This document shows, piece by piece, positions 31,237 to 40,358 of a stretch of 64,000 nt of DNA; position 1 is the first letter of the stretch; the number at the start of each line of letters is the position of its first letter. Under the pieces are notes generated by a model that was not told the DNA's origin, did not search any database, and was given only the letters and a program-made list of their open reading frames with translations. The stretch is from a virus. Made by a program: the position numbers and the translations under genes. The stretch is taken from positions 13,457 to 77,456 of the IMG/VR virus record IMGVR_UViG_3300032229_000588. The stretch is one strand, 5' to 3'.

Positions 31237-31791
31237 TTAACCACAAATTCCAGTATTAACTACTAATGTTCCTGAAAGTTGTATAAATGTTGCTCCGTCA
31301 GATATTGTCGAATTTGCATTTATTGGTGGGATTGTTAATGACATATTACCGTAAACATTATCACCAGGACTTAATTCACTGAAAGGTATTAAAGTATAAA
31401 TTGTAACATTTGAAGGAGTTGCAAACATGGTTACATCTTGACACACATCTTGATAATAACCTCCACTCCATAAATTATATGTGTAGATAATAACAGGAGT
31501 TCTTGTTGGTGTTGGTGTAAATGATGGTGTTGGTGTAACAGTTGGAGTTACAGATGTTTGTGTTGGTGTTGGAGTAATTGATGGAGTTGGCGTTGTTGAA
31601 GGACAAAGTCCCATAATTACCACATCCAAAGGAGCCGCATAATCCTCAACATATAAATCATTAGCACAAACGTAACTTGTTTGTAAAGGTTCAACGCCAG
31701 TTACACTGACGATACCTGTACATCCTGTCCATCTGTAAAAACCTTCTTGGACATTATTGTAATTTGTTATTCTATAGTAGTCGCAACTCAT
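31237..31791 (-). CDS. Small mucin-like two-module protein
   Basis: MSCDYYRITN...TGCTG...C module, TP linker, then a DVC...TIY module. Confidence 0.65.
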   Translation of the reverse strand: MSCDYYRITNYNNVQEGFYRWTGCTGIVSVTGVEPLQTSYVCANDLYVEDYAAPLDVVIMGLCPSTTPTPSITPTPTQTSVTPTVTPTPSFTPTPTRTPVIIYTYNLWSGGYYQDVCQDVTMFATPSNVTIYTLIPFSELSPGDNVYGNMSLTIPPINANSTISDGATFIQLSGTLVVNTGICG

Positions 31792-31795
31792 TTGA

Positions 31796-34411
31796 TTAGA
31801 TGAATAAACCGTTAAAGGTGACTAAGTTATACTGTAATGAGGTGATATTTTCACCTTCAATACAATTAGATTCGTTAATTGTCACCGTGGTTCCAGGTGA
31901 TAATGCACCGTACGCGGCAGTAAATGTGTTGTTGTAGAATGTATAGTTATCAGGGTCGGCAACCATAGTTCCCCCTTTATATAATGTAACTCTAATTGTT
32001 ACAGGATTTGAACCAAGTTCTCCATACCAAAATGCTTTAGAATTCATTACTATTACATTTTCACCAGGATATTGAGATTTAAATTCAATTAAGTCAATTA
32101 ACACGGATTCAAATCCTGTACCCGTATTATCTCCACCCCATGTTAAAATTGGATTACCCGTTGTTGGCCATTGTTCAGAACAACACCAACCAATAGAGTC
32201 AGTCAATGTTGTTTGACCTATATCAGGTACAGTAACTTTTGTTCTTGTATCTAAATCTATACCGTCAGTAAACGCATAAGTTAATACGATATAATCGGCA
32301 TCAAATGTGAAACCACCAGGTACAAATGGTATTGAAGTTGGAGTTGGTGTTAGAGTTGGTGTAGGGGTTTGAGTTACTCCATTTGTTGGAGTTGGTGTAG
32401 GTGTTGGAGGAATAGTTGGAGTTGGTGTAGGTGTTGGAGGAATAGTTGGTGTGGGTGTAGGTGAACTAGTTTGTGTTGGTGTTGGATTAATTAATTCGTA
32501 ATACAAATCATTCGCAGGAATACTAATATAATGCAAATCATTTGAAGGTATGAATATTCTACAATTAGGGCAATCAGGGTCTAATAGATTGTATTTTAAT
32601 TTTAATAATCTAAAGTTGTGTTTGATTTGAGACGCGTTTAATGGTTCGGTATACATTCTAAATGCACTAACGTCACCAATCATACTACCACCAAAATATT
32701 CTTCTAATTTAATATGAGTAGTTAAACCTGAGTAAATTGTATTATCTAAATCGTGAGTTGTTAAACATTCTGGGTCTTGTTGATAAACCATCTCTTCAAT
32801 TGTTTCAGGACATACACCTGAGAATGTTAGGTTATCGTGAAGACCTTGAGTTCCTCCACCAATTGAAATGTTATATCCAACTCCAATTTGTTTTTCTTTT
32901 GGAGTGTTCAATAATCTTGGAATAATTTCTTCAAAGTTTTCAGTAACCATGAATAGCTTTCCATTCACATAAAACTTAAGTGTACCCAATCGATACTTTT
33001 GTTCTTCAGTCCACATGTCATTGAACGTAACAACTTCAGTCGATGCTGGGTCATAAGGTTGTTCACGAGTGATTGGTGGTTCAATTAATGAAACACTTCT
33101 ATTTTCAAGGGTTGCATAATAAACATCCTTAACAAGTAGACCAAGTCCCCCCTTATCATATAAGTCACATTTATCTAACCATTCATATCTTTGGAAGACA
33201 GCGTCAATCTGAACCCAATGTTCTACGTTTGAATATGTGGTTCCTGAACAATTGTCAAAAATACCTCTTGTTGAACACCATTCGGTTAATGATGTTCCTG
33301 TCACATAAGTAAGTCCTGTCAAACAAGTTCCTGTACTTTCACATCCACCTGTTATCCTATATGTCTTAACACATAGTCTTGGACTACCTGTATCACCACT
33401 TAATCTTAATGATAGGGCGTTTGAAACCTCATCATATAATGGGTCTTTTTCAGGGTATTCCGCCTTAGATTCACAATCACATGGACAACCACAAGTACAA
33501 TGTGTTATTGTCCCACCTGAAGGTTGGTATACCTGCATACAATCTGATGATGTGTTGGCAGTACTTGCACAACCACAAGTGTGCATACAAGTTAAACCTG
33601 ACGTAACTCTTGTGTAACCCGTGTCTTGTTTTGGACTACCATCGGCGTAATGGTAAAATTTATTTTCGGCTCTTGCCCCCATGTAAAAGAACGTACCCTT
33701 ATTGTCGGGGTATCTATTGTTAAGACCTCCTGATGTATCACCAGTCCATCTATATCTTAACATGAATTCTGCTGTCCAACCTAAAGAAACTCTTTGTGGG
33801 AAAACTTGGTAATCGTATCCTGGTATTTTATAAAATCCTTGGAAGAATCCACCTTTTAAATTGGCAACGTATCCGATATCTCCACCAACATTTTGATACG
33901 ATAAATCGTAGGTATATGAATCATCATCCCATAATCTATTTTCAGTTGTTGTAAAACCTGTGATAGGGTGAAGTTTCATTCTCCTATCATATTTGTATCG
34001 ACTAAACTTGTCTGAAATATTTGTATATAATCCTGTTGTAATTTCGATTGTCTCACCCGACATGTTTTGAACAAGTCCGTTATCAATACCCGTTAACCCA
34101 ACATCACATAATTCTGTTACGATTGGACAAAAATTTGGGTCAACGTCATCAGGGTTCCAATAATTTTCAGAAACGATTGTTTGATAGTCAAAAGAACATG
34201 CAGATGTTTGACATAATGTTGTTCCTGAACTATTGAAATCAAACTTAAATGGCATTCTGTTTCCGTCCAATTCGCCAATTAATAATGGCGAAAAAACGAC
34301 TTCTTGGTCATAGTCTCTCTCGTCCGACGCTAAACAAATGTCGGTGATTTCATTGACAGGTTTTATCCCCCATCTACGAAAATTATACTGATTAATATTC
34401 TGATATGCCAT
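31796..34411 (-). CDS. Large virion protein: Cys-rich / LamG-like region, TP linker, C-terminal domain
   Basis: LKFYVNGKL and G.....FRMYTEPL..SQI..NF (LamG-like); CTCGCPCDC cluster; TPTPT linker; DLDT...WGGDNTGTGFES domain. Confidence 0.55.
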   Translation of the reverse strand: MAYQNINQYNFRRWGIKPVNEITDICLASDERDYDQEVVFSPLLIGELDGNRMPFKFDFNSSGTTLCQTSACSFDYQTIVSENYWNPDDVDPNFCPIVTELCDVGLTGIDNGLVQNMSGETIEITTGLYTNISDKFSRYKYDRRMKLHPITGFTTTENRLWDDDSYTYDLSYQNVGGDIGYVANLKGGFFQGFYKIPGYDYQVFPQRVSLGWTAEFMLRYRWTGDTSGGLNNRYPDNKGTFFYMGARAENKFYHYADGSPKQDTGYTRVTSGLTCMHTCGCASTANTSSDCMQVYQPSGGTITHCTCGCPCDCESKAEYPEKDPLYDEVSNALSLRLSGDTGSPRLCVKTYRITGGCESTGTCLTGLTYVTGTSLTEWCSTRGIFDNCSGTTYSNVEHWVQIDAVFQRYEWLDKCDLYDKGGLGLLVKDVYYATLENRSVSLIEPPITREQPYDPASTEVVTFNDMWTEEQKYRLGTLKFYVNGKLFMVTENFEEIIPRLLNTPKEKQIGVGYNISIGGGTQGLHDNLTFSGVCPETIEEMVYQQDPECLTTHDLDNTIYSGLTTHIKLEEYFGGSMIGDVSAFRMYTEPLNASQIKHNFRLLKLKYNLLDPDCPNCRIFIPSNDLHYISIPANDLYYELINPTPTQTSSPTPTPTIPPTPTPTPTIPPTPTPTPTNGVTQTPTPTLTPTPTSIPFVPGGFTFDADYIVLTYAFTDGIDLDTRTKVTVPDIGQTTLTDSIGWCCSEQWPTTGNPILTWGGDNTGTGFESVLIDLIEFKSQYPGENVIVMNSKAFWYGELGSNPVTIRVTLYKGGTMVADPDNYTFYNNTFTAAYGALSPGTTVTINESNCIEGENITSLQYNLVTFNGLFI

Positions 34412-34420
34412 ATACTAATG

Positions 34421-34447
34421 ATAAATACCTTATGAGCTAGTATTTAT
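34421..34447. promoter_or_regulatory. Back-to-back divergent TATTTAT promoter motifs
   Basis: ataaatac (34421-34428) and gtatttat (34440-34447) serve the genes starting at 34411 (-) and 34464 (+). Confidence 0.6.
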
Positions 34448-34463
34448 AGATAAAAAAGAAGAG

Positions 34464-35294
34464 ATGATTAATACAGACCAAGAATTTTATTCGTCACCAT
34501 ATTATTTTTTATTAAGGGAAAAGAAAGAAAAATACTCTTTATACTTCTCTGTGGAAGAGAATTTAAATGAAGCTCGTAAAAAAGACGAGGTAATTCACTT
34601 CGAAAAAAGTAAAGTTGGGAAAGTTAAAAATCACCTTAAAAAAGTGGTTAAGGATAAAAAAACAAAAACAACTAAGGGACTTAAAACAGATTTGGAAGAA
34701 TTGGTGAATTTGGATGGGGCATTTTCTAACTCAAAAATTCCAATTCTTGACCCAAGACTTCACCCACAAAAAACTATGGACCAAACGGTTGCCGCCGCTC
34801 GTATCACAAACGACCCTATCTCTCGTGGATATAGAACATACTATGGTGAATCAGTTGAAGATATTGAGGATATGGAGAATAGTGATATGCCAAGAATTCC
34901 AAAACCATTTGGATGGGAAGAAACTGAAGATATGGATGGGGCAGAAACCTTCAAATATTTCGTTAAAAAAATGGGAATGGAACCTGATGAGGCAAAAGAA
35001 AGGACAAAGCAAAAAGGTCAGGACCCGACAGGTGAAAAAGATAAAAAATCACCTTATTATAAGGATAAGAATTTTATAACAAGAGCAACTATATCAGAAA
35101 TCCAAAAACAAAAAATGATTAAAGTTGTGGAGGATATCTTGATGGGTAAGAAAAATTCCGACAATTCTGAAGTTGGAAAAAAAGAATCTGAGGTGTCTAA
35201 AGTTTTAAAGAAAAATATTTCATCATTAAAGAAACAAGCGGAAAAAGAAGGTTTGTCTCTTGCAGAATTACTAAAGATGTTTAAAAGTGAATAA
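34464..35294 (+). CDS. Hypothetical charged protein (candidate head protein)
   Basis: 276-aa ORF behind TATTTATA; LNE and ISE motifs. Confidence 0.55.
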   Translation: MINTDQEFYSSPYYFLLREKKEKYSLYFSVEENLNEARKKDEVIHFEKSKVGKVKNHLKKVVKDKKTKTTKGLKTDLEELVNLDGAFSNSKIPILDPRLHPQKTMDQTVAAARITNDPISRGYRTYYGESVEDIEDMENSDMPRIPKPFGWEETEDMDGAETFKYFVKKMGMEPDEAKERTKQKGQDPTGEKDKKSPYYKDKNFITRATISEIQKQKMIKVVEDILMGKKNSDNSEVGKKESEVSKVLKKNISSLKKQAEKEGLSLAELLKMFKSE

Positions 35295-35754
35295 AAGTTT
35301 ATACGATAAAGAAATTGAGTTTCCGTCCGATAAAAGAGAACATATGCGAATATGTTTTCAGATGGTCAAAGGTGCGGATGAAAATACTGAAGGGTTTAAT
35401 AGAAATAAAGAACTACAAGGAAAAAATTTCATATCATATAAACAAATGAAAAGGATTAAAAACTTTTTTGATAATTTCAAAGGTAACCAAAACGAAGCAC
35501 CATTCATTTTAAATGGGGGTGTTAAAATAAAAAATTGGGTTAACGATGAATTAAGAAAAATGAGGGACTATATAAAGAATACCAAGACAAACAAAATGAA
35601 TGCTGGTATGATGAATCAATTTATTGACCCACATGAGAAAAAAGATTTTACAAATGTAAGAACATCTCAAGAACACTCAAGAACCGTTGATAAGTATAAC
35701 CCATCTGTCAATGAAAGTGTTAAGAGAATAAACGAACTAATATCAAAAATATAA
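35287..35754 (+). CDS. Hypothetical protein
   Basis: 155-aa ORF overlapping the upstream gene. Confidence 0.55.
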   Translation: MNKSLYDKEIEFPSDKREHMRICFQMVKGADENTEGFNRNKELQGKNFISYKQMKRIKNFFDNFKGNQNEAPFILNGGVKIKNWVNDELRKMRDYIKNTKTNKMNAGMMNQFIDPHEKKDFTNVRTSQEHSRTVDKYNPSVNESVKRINELISKI

Positions 35755-35758
35755 AATT

Positions 35759-36052
35759 ATGTCAAGTCAAATTACTGTAGATTTAAGTCAAACAGAACCA
35801 AACGCACTTACTGCGATTGCTGACCAAGAAAGAGCAAAATTAATTCCTAAAAATGATTTTAACGCTGTTGGTAATGAATACTCATCAGTTAACCGTGACG
35901 CACTCGCTGACGGTGACTCAATGGGTAGAGGTACTGGTGCGTTCTTGGACGTTTATAACGTAAATGCTGGTACTATTGATGATATCATTGAAAGAAAAAA
36001 TGATATCAAAATTAATAAATTTAACTCATCAAACGTATATCCTAATTTCTAA
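35759..36052 (+). CDS. Hypothetical protein
   Basis: 97-aa ORF with ALADGD..GRGTG motif. Confidence 0.55.
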   Translation: MSSQITVDLSQTEPNALTAIADQERAKLIPKNDFNAVGNEYSSVNRDALADGDSMGRGTGAFLDVYNVNAGTIDDIIERKNDIKINKFNSSNVYPNF

Positions 36053-36534
36053 TGAAACTAAAAGGGGCATTAAAAAGTTTAATTTGTGAAATCGCTTCTT
36101 TAGATAGTATTGTTGATGCTATAAAGAACAGACAAGTCGTAATCATTTACTACGATGGTGATGAGCCAGGTGGTAGAGGTATTCGACAAATTGAACCTGT
36201 ATGCTTAGGAGTTAGTAAAGCGGGAAATAAAGTTTTAAGAGCTTGGGATAGTGAGGGAGCGTCTCACACTGGTTATAAAGGGGAACAACCATTACCTGGG
36301 TGGAGATTATTTAGATTGGATAAAATACTATCAAACAAACCAACTGGTGAGGTTTACAATGAACCTAAACCTGGTTATAATTTTAATGGAGATAAAAGTA
36401 TGGTTAGTGTTATTATAAATGCAAAATTTGATAATAACCCTCAGACACCTCAACCACCACAAGAACAACCAACAACACCAACAGAAGAACCAACTTCCGA
36501 CATTAACCCACAAACACCTGAAGAAGAAATATAA
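36052..36534 (+). CDS. Standalone WYL-domain protein
   Basis: AI.NR..V.IYY.G...RQIEP..LG....VLRAW...WRLFRLDKI. Confidence 0.8.
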   Translation: MKLKGALKSLICEIASLDSIVDAIKNRQVVIIYYDGDEPGGRGIRQIEPVCLGVSKAGNKVLRAWDSEGASHTGYKGEQPLPGWRLFRLDKILSNKPTGEVYNEPKPGYNFNGDKSMVSVIINAKFDNNPQTPQPPQEQPTTPTEEPTSDINPQTPEEEI

Positions 36535-36535
36535 T

Positions 36536-37174
36536 ATGGACAGATTAATGGAAAAATTGGCTTTATCAAAAGCAATTATGGATAAGGCAGATGGAATTAA
36601 AAATTCAAATTCCATGAGCGGTGGATTACCACCAACATCATTACAACAACTTAACTCGCCAGAAACATTTAATGTTCCTGCGGCAAAATATAATATTCCA
36701 CAGGAATTCTTACAAGAGTCAGGCTCAGTCCAAGAACCATATCTTTCTAACGTTCCAAGAGAAAATACCAAGCCAGTTGGTGTACCAACCGTGGATGCAA
36801 TTAAAAACTCTAAATTACCCGATGAAATTAAAAGGTTAATGATGGAACACCCAATTGCTCAACCACAACAACAAGTAACTTCAATCTCTGATGAACTTGT
36901 AGAAAAGGCAACTCGTTTAATGAAGAGAAATGACGGTAACTATATCCCCGAATCCGCAAAGTCTAAACAACAACCACAACAACAGGTTCAACAAACTACA
37001 AACGGGATTGATTATAAATTAATCCAAAAAATGATTAATGAAGCGGTATCAAACGCTCTTAAAGAAAATGGATTGCTTGTTGAAAGTTCAGAAAAATCTA
37101 ACGAAATTTTTAACTTTAAAGTAGGTAAACACATATTTGAAGGGAAGGTAACTAAAATCAAAAAATTGTCTTAA
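36536..37174 (+). CDS. Hypothetical protein
   Basis: Likely ATG 36536 (MDRLMEK); SKLPDEIKRLMMEHPI motif. Confidence 0.55.
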   Translation: MDRLMEKLALSKAIMDKADGIKNSNSMSGGLPPTSLQQLNSPETFNVPAAKYNIPQEFLQESGSVQEPYLSNVPRENTKPVGVPTVDAIKNSKLPDEIKRLMMEHPIAQPQQQVTSISDELVEKATRLMKRNDGNYIPESAKSKQQPQQQVQQTTNGIDYKLIQKMINEAVSNALKENGLLVESSEKSNEIFNFKVGKHIFEGKVTKIKKLS

Positions 37175-37225
37175 CGTATTTCTTTATTCGACAACAATTA
37201 CTATATTTTAAGAAATATAATAATA

Positions 37226-38440
37226 ATGTCGAAAATTAAAATCTTAGTAGTACCATCCGATAGAACAGGAGTTGGTAAATTTAGGTCGGTAGACCCTCAC
37301 GTCTTTTTACAGAATCTTTATGGTGATGATTTCCATGTGGACATCGATTATGAGCCACCTTATGATGATATGTCATATTGGTCTCAATACCAAATTGTTG
37401 CTTGTCACAGAAGTATTGGTCCTGATTTTGAAAAGGCGAATGAACTTATCAAAAAACTTACGGAAAACGGTATAATCACAATTGTCGATATTGACGATTA
37501 TTGGATGCCAGGTAAAGAACACCCAATTCACGATATCATCAGATTCAATAAGATTAACGAAAAAATTGTAGCGAATCTTAAAGTCGCGTCTTACGTAACA
37601 ACTACAACTACGTTATTTGCAGATGAGATTAAAAAATTCAATAAGAATGTAGTTGTATTCCCAAATGCGATTAATCCACAAGAACCACAGTTCAACGAAC
37701 CAACTTTAGAATCTGATAAAATTAGGGTTGGATGGTTAGGTGGTTCATCTCACTTACATGACTTACAGTTATTGGATTCACCATTAGGTAAAATAACTCA
37801 CTTAAAAGACAAGTTACAATTTGTTTTATGTGGGTTCGATACTAGAGGGACTGTAACCGAAATTAACCAACAAACAGGTGAACACAAAAAAAGAGATATT
37901 CTTCCACACGAAACGGTATGGGCACAATACGAAAAGATATTTACCCAAAACCATTTGTTAGTTTCTGAAGACTACAAAAAATATCTTCTTAAATACACTC
38001 AAGAAAAATATCCAAATGAACTTGACGAATCTTATGTAAGGGTTTGGACACAACCTGTAACATCTTACGCTAAGAATTATTCAAAGTTTGACGTATCTTT
38101 GGCTCCAATCAAAAATACAATGTTTAACCGAATGAAATCTCAGTTAAAGGTAATTGAAGCAGGCTTCTATAAAAAAGCTATTATCGCATCCGATTTAGGA
38201 CCATATACAATAGATTTGAAACATTGTTTGAATCACGGTAACTTTGTTGATGGTAATGCGATGTTGGTCGATGAAAATCGAAACCACTCAGATTGGGCAA
38301 AGTATATCAAGAAATTAGTTGAAAATCCTAGTATGATAAAAGACATGGGTGAAAGATTGTATGAGACAGTAAAAGACACTTACGACTTAAATGTTGTTAC
38401 AAAAAACAGAGCGGAATTTTATAAATCATTAATTAAATAA
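37226..38440 (+). CDS. GT-B (GT4-like) glycosyltransferase
   Basis: DIDDYW, GWLGGSSH..DL, LAPI...FNRMKSQLKVIEAG...IIASD.GPY. Confidence 0.75.
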   Translation: MSKIKILVVPSDRTGVGKFRSVDPHVFLQNLYGDDFHVDIDYEPPYDDMSYWSQYQIVACHRSIGPDFEKANELIKKLTENGIITIVDIDDYWMPGKEHPIHDIIRFNKINEKIVANLKVASYVTTTTTLFADEIKKFNKNVVVFPNAINPQEPQFNEPTLESDKIRVGWLGGSSHLHDLQLLDSPLGKITHLKDKLQFVLCGFDTRGTVTEINQQTGEHKKRDILPHETVWAQYEKIFTQNHLLVSEDYKKYLLKYTQEKYPNELDESYVRVWTQPVTSYAKNYSKFDVSLAPIKNTMFNRMKSQLKVIEAGFYKKAIIASDLGPYTIDLKHCLNHGNFVDGNAMLVDENRNHSDWAKYIKKLVENPSMIKDMGERLYETVKDTYDLNVVTKNRAEFYKSLIK

Positions 38441-38442
38441 TC

Positions 38443-38898
38443 ATGGACTCAAAAAAAGGTAGGATAGGGTTTACCGCGGGTAACTTTGATTTATTACATC
38501 CAGGTTACATTTACACATTTGAATCAGCAAAAGAAAACTGTGATTATTTTATAGTTTTCTTACAAAGAGACCCATCTTTAACAAGATTCACAAAATATAA
38601 ACCTGTAGTTCCTCTATATGAACGATACAAAGTTTTAATGTCAATAAAGTACATTGATGAGGTTGTTTGTTATGATGATGAGGATGACTTATTACGTCTT
38701 ATTGAATTTTACAAACCTGACGTAAGAATTCTTGGTGATGACTATATCGGTAAAAGATTTACTGGTGACCACCTACCAATTGATGTTGTCTACACTACTC
38801 GTGCTCACGGTTGGTCTACAACAAAAATCAAAGATTTAATTACAATCCAAACTTTAAAACAAAATCCAGAAATCACTAATAATATAGAAAATGTTTAA
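38443..38898 (+). CDS. TagD-like cytidylyltransferase
   Basis: GNFDLLHPGY, ER...L.SIKYIDEV, LGDDY, R.HGWSTT. Confidence 0.8.
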   Translation: MDSKKGRIGFTAGNFDLLHPGYIYTFESAKENCDYFIVFLQRDPSLTRFTKYKPVVPLYERYKVLMSIKYIDEVVCYDDEDDLLRLIEFYKPDVRILGDDYIGKRFTGDHLPIDVVYTTRAHGWSTTKIKDLITIQTLKQNPEITNNIENV

Positions 38899-39592
38899 TA
38901 TACCACTAACAAAAATTTTATTTTTAGACATCGAAACAGTTGGTGTCCAACCTGATTGGGATTCATTGGTAAAACATAATGAACCTCTCTCATTTCAATT
39001 TGAACATTACTTTGATTGGTTTCAAAAAAGGTTTCCTGAGGATGGTGCTGAAGGTGTTGGTCAAATGTTTGTCAATCGTTCAGCCTTAGTTCCTGAATTT
39101 GCAAGAATCGCATGTGTTAGTGTTGCCTTTGTAACAGAAAAGGGTGAAGTTAAAATGCAATCATTTAGTGACATTGATGAGAAAAAAATGTTATTAGAAG
39201 TCCAAAAACTTTTATATAGAGTTGGAGAACTTGGATTTTACTTATGTGGTCATAATGTTAAAGGATTTGATATTCCGATGTTAGCAAAACGTATGATTAT
39301 GAATGGTATTATGCCACCAAAGATTTTACCTGGTCATGATACAAAACCATGGGAAATCAAAGCTTTAGATACTAAAGAAGTTTGGCAATATGGTGGATAC
39401 GGTTCCATCGCATCTCTTGAATTAATGTGTGTTTGTTTAGGTGTTGAATCATCTAAAACAATGGAAGTAACGGGTAATAAAGTACACGAAGCATTTTGGG
39501 TTAAGAAAGATATCGAAGGTATTGTAAAATATTGTGAGAAAGATGTGTCGGTATTAATTGAGGTAATTAAAAAATTAATAGACTTAAAATAA
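38891..39592 (+). CDS. Standalone PolB-related 3'-5' exonuclease (DnaQ-like)
   Basis: FLDIET, GHNVKGFD, YCEKDV. Confidence 0.8.
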   Translation: MFNIPLTKILFLDIETVGVQPDWDSLVKHNEPLSFQFEHYFDWFQKRFPEDGAEGVGQMFVNRSALVPEFARIACVSVAFVTEKGEVKMQSFSDIDEKKMLLEVQKLLYRVGELGFYLCGHNVKGFDIPMLAKRMIMNGIMPPKILPGHDTKPWEIKALDTKEVWQYGGYGSIASLELMCVCLGVESSKTMEVTGNKVHEAFWVKKDIEGIVKYCEKDVSVLIEVIKKLIDLK

Positions 39593-40212
39593 TGGACAAT
39601 TTAAATGATGTTGGGTTTGACCCAAAAGCTTACGACGAAATTTTAAAACAATTTGAAAAAATTAAATCTGAAGCAGGGATTGAACCTGATGAAGATTATC
39701 AAAAAGAACTTGAAGATTTATTAGGAATTGGATTTGATGAGTTGGAGGAAGAGATTTATCATAATGCAATGTCTAAAACAGTTCATGTAGAAACGACTCA
39801 TCCTGATGCGGTTTTTCCAAAATATGCCTACCCATCAGATTCAGGATTTGATTTACATTCCACTGAAGATTTATCAGTTGGTCCATTCGGTCGAATCTTA
39901 GTTCCAACAGGTATTAAAATATCTTTCCCTGAAAACCACGAAATTCAAGTTAGACCTAAAAGTGGGTTGGCAATTAAACAAGGATTAACCGTTCTTAACA
40001 CACCAGGAACTGTTGACCAAGGATATACAGGTGAAATACAAGTAATTGTTTTTAACACAAACAACTATACTGTAATGATACCAAAAGGTATGAAAATTGC
40101 TCAAGCGGTATTATGTCCCGTTATAAACGGAAAATACGTAAGATTTGAGTCTGTTGAGTCTTTAGATGAAAAAGACAGAGGTGATAATGGTTTTGGTAGT
40201 ACAGGAATATGA
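39592..40212 (+). CDS. dut: Trimeric dUTPase with acidic N-terminal extension
   Basis: SGFDL, RPKSG, GTVDQGYTGE, IAQ, RGDNGFGSTG. Confidence 0.92.
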   Translation: MDNLNDVGFDPKAYDEILKQFEKIKSEAGIEPDEDYQKELEDLLGIGFDELEEEIYHNAMSKTVHVETTHPDAVFPKYAYPSDSGFDLHSTEDLSVGPFGRILVPTGIKISFPENHEIQVRPKSGLAIKQGLTVLNTPGTVDQGYTGEIQVIVFNTNNYTVMIPKGMKIAQAVLCPVINGKYVRFESVESLDEKDRGDNGFGSTGI

Positions 40213-40358
40213 GTACAAAAGAAAAATTAGAAAAGGAATTAAATAAGGTTAAACAACAATTAGTGATGAAAGATGCTAATGATGGTTGGTGGAATCTTTA
40301 CATGGAAGAACGGAAAAGTTTTTTAGAAAAATTAATTAAAGAATTAGATAACAAATGA
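40209..40358 (+). CDS. Small helical hypothetical protein, 49 aa; not in the ORF track
   Basis: MSTKEKLEKELNKVKQQLVMKDANDGWWNLYMEERKSFLEKLIKELDNK; ATGA overlaps at both ends. Confidence 0.55.
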   Translation: MSTKEKLEKELNKVKQQLVMKDANDGWWNLYMEERKSFLEKLIKELDNK

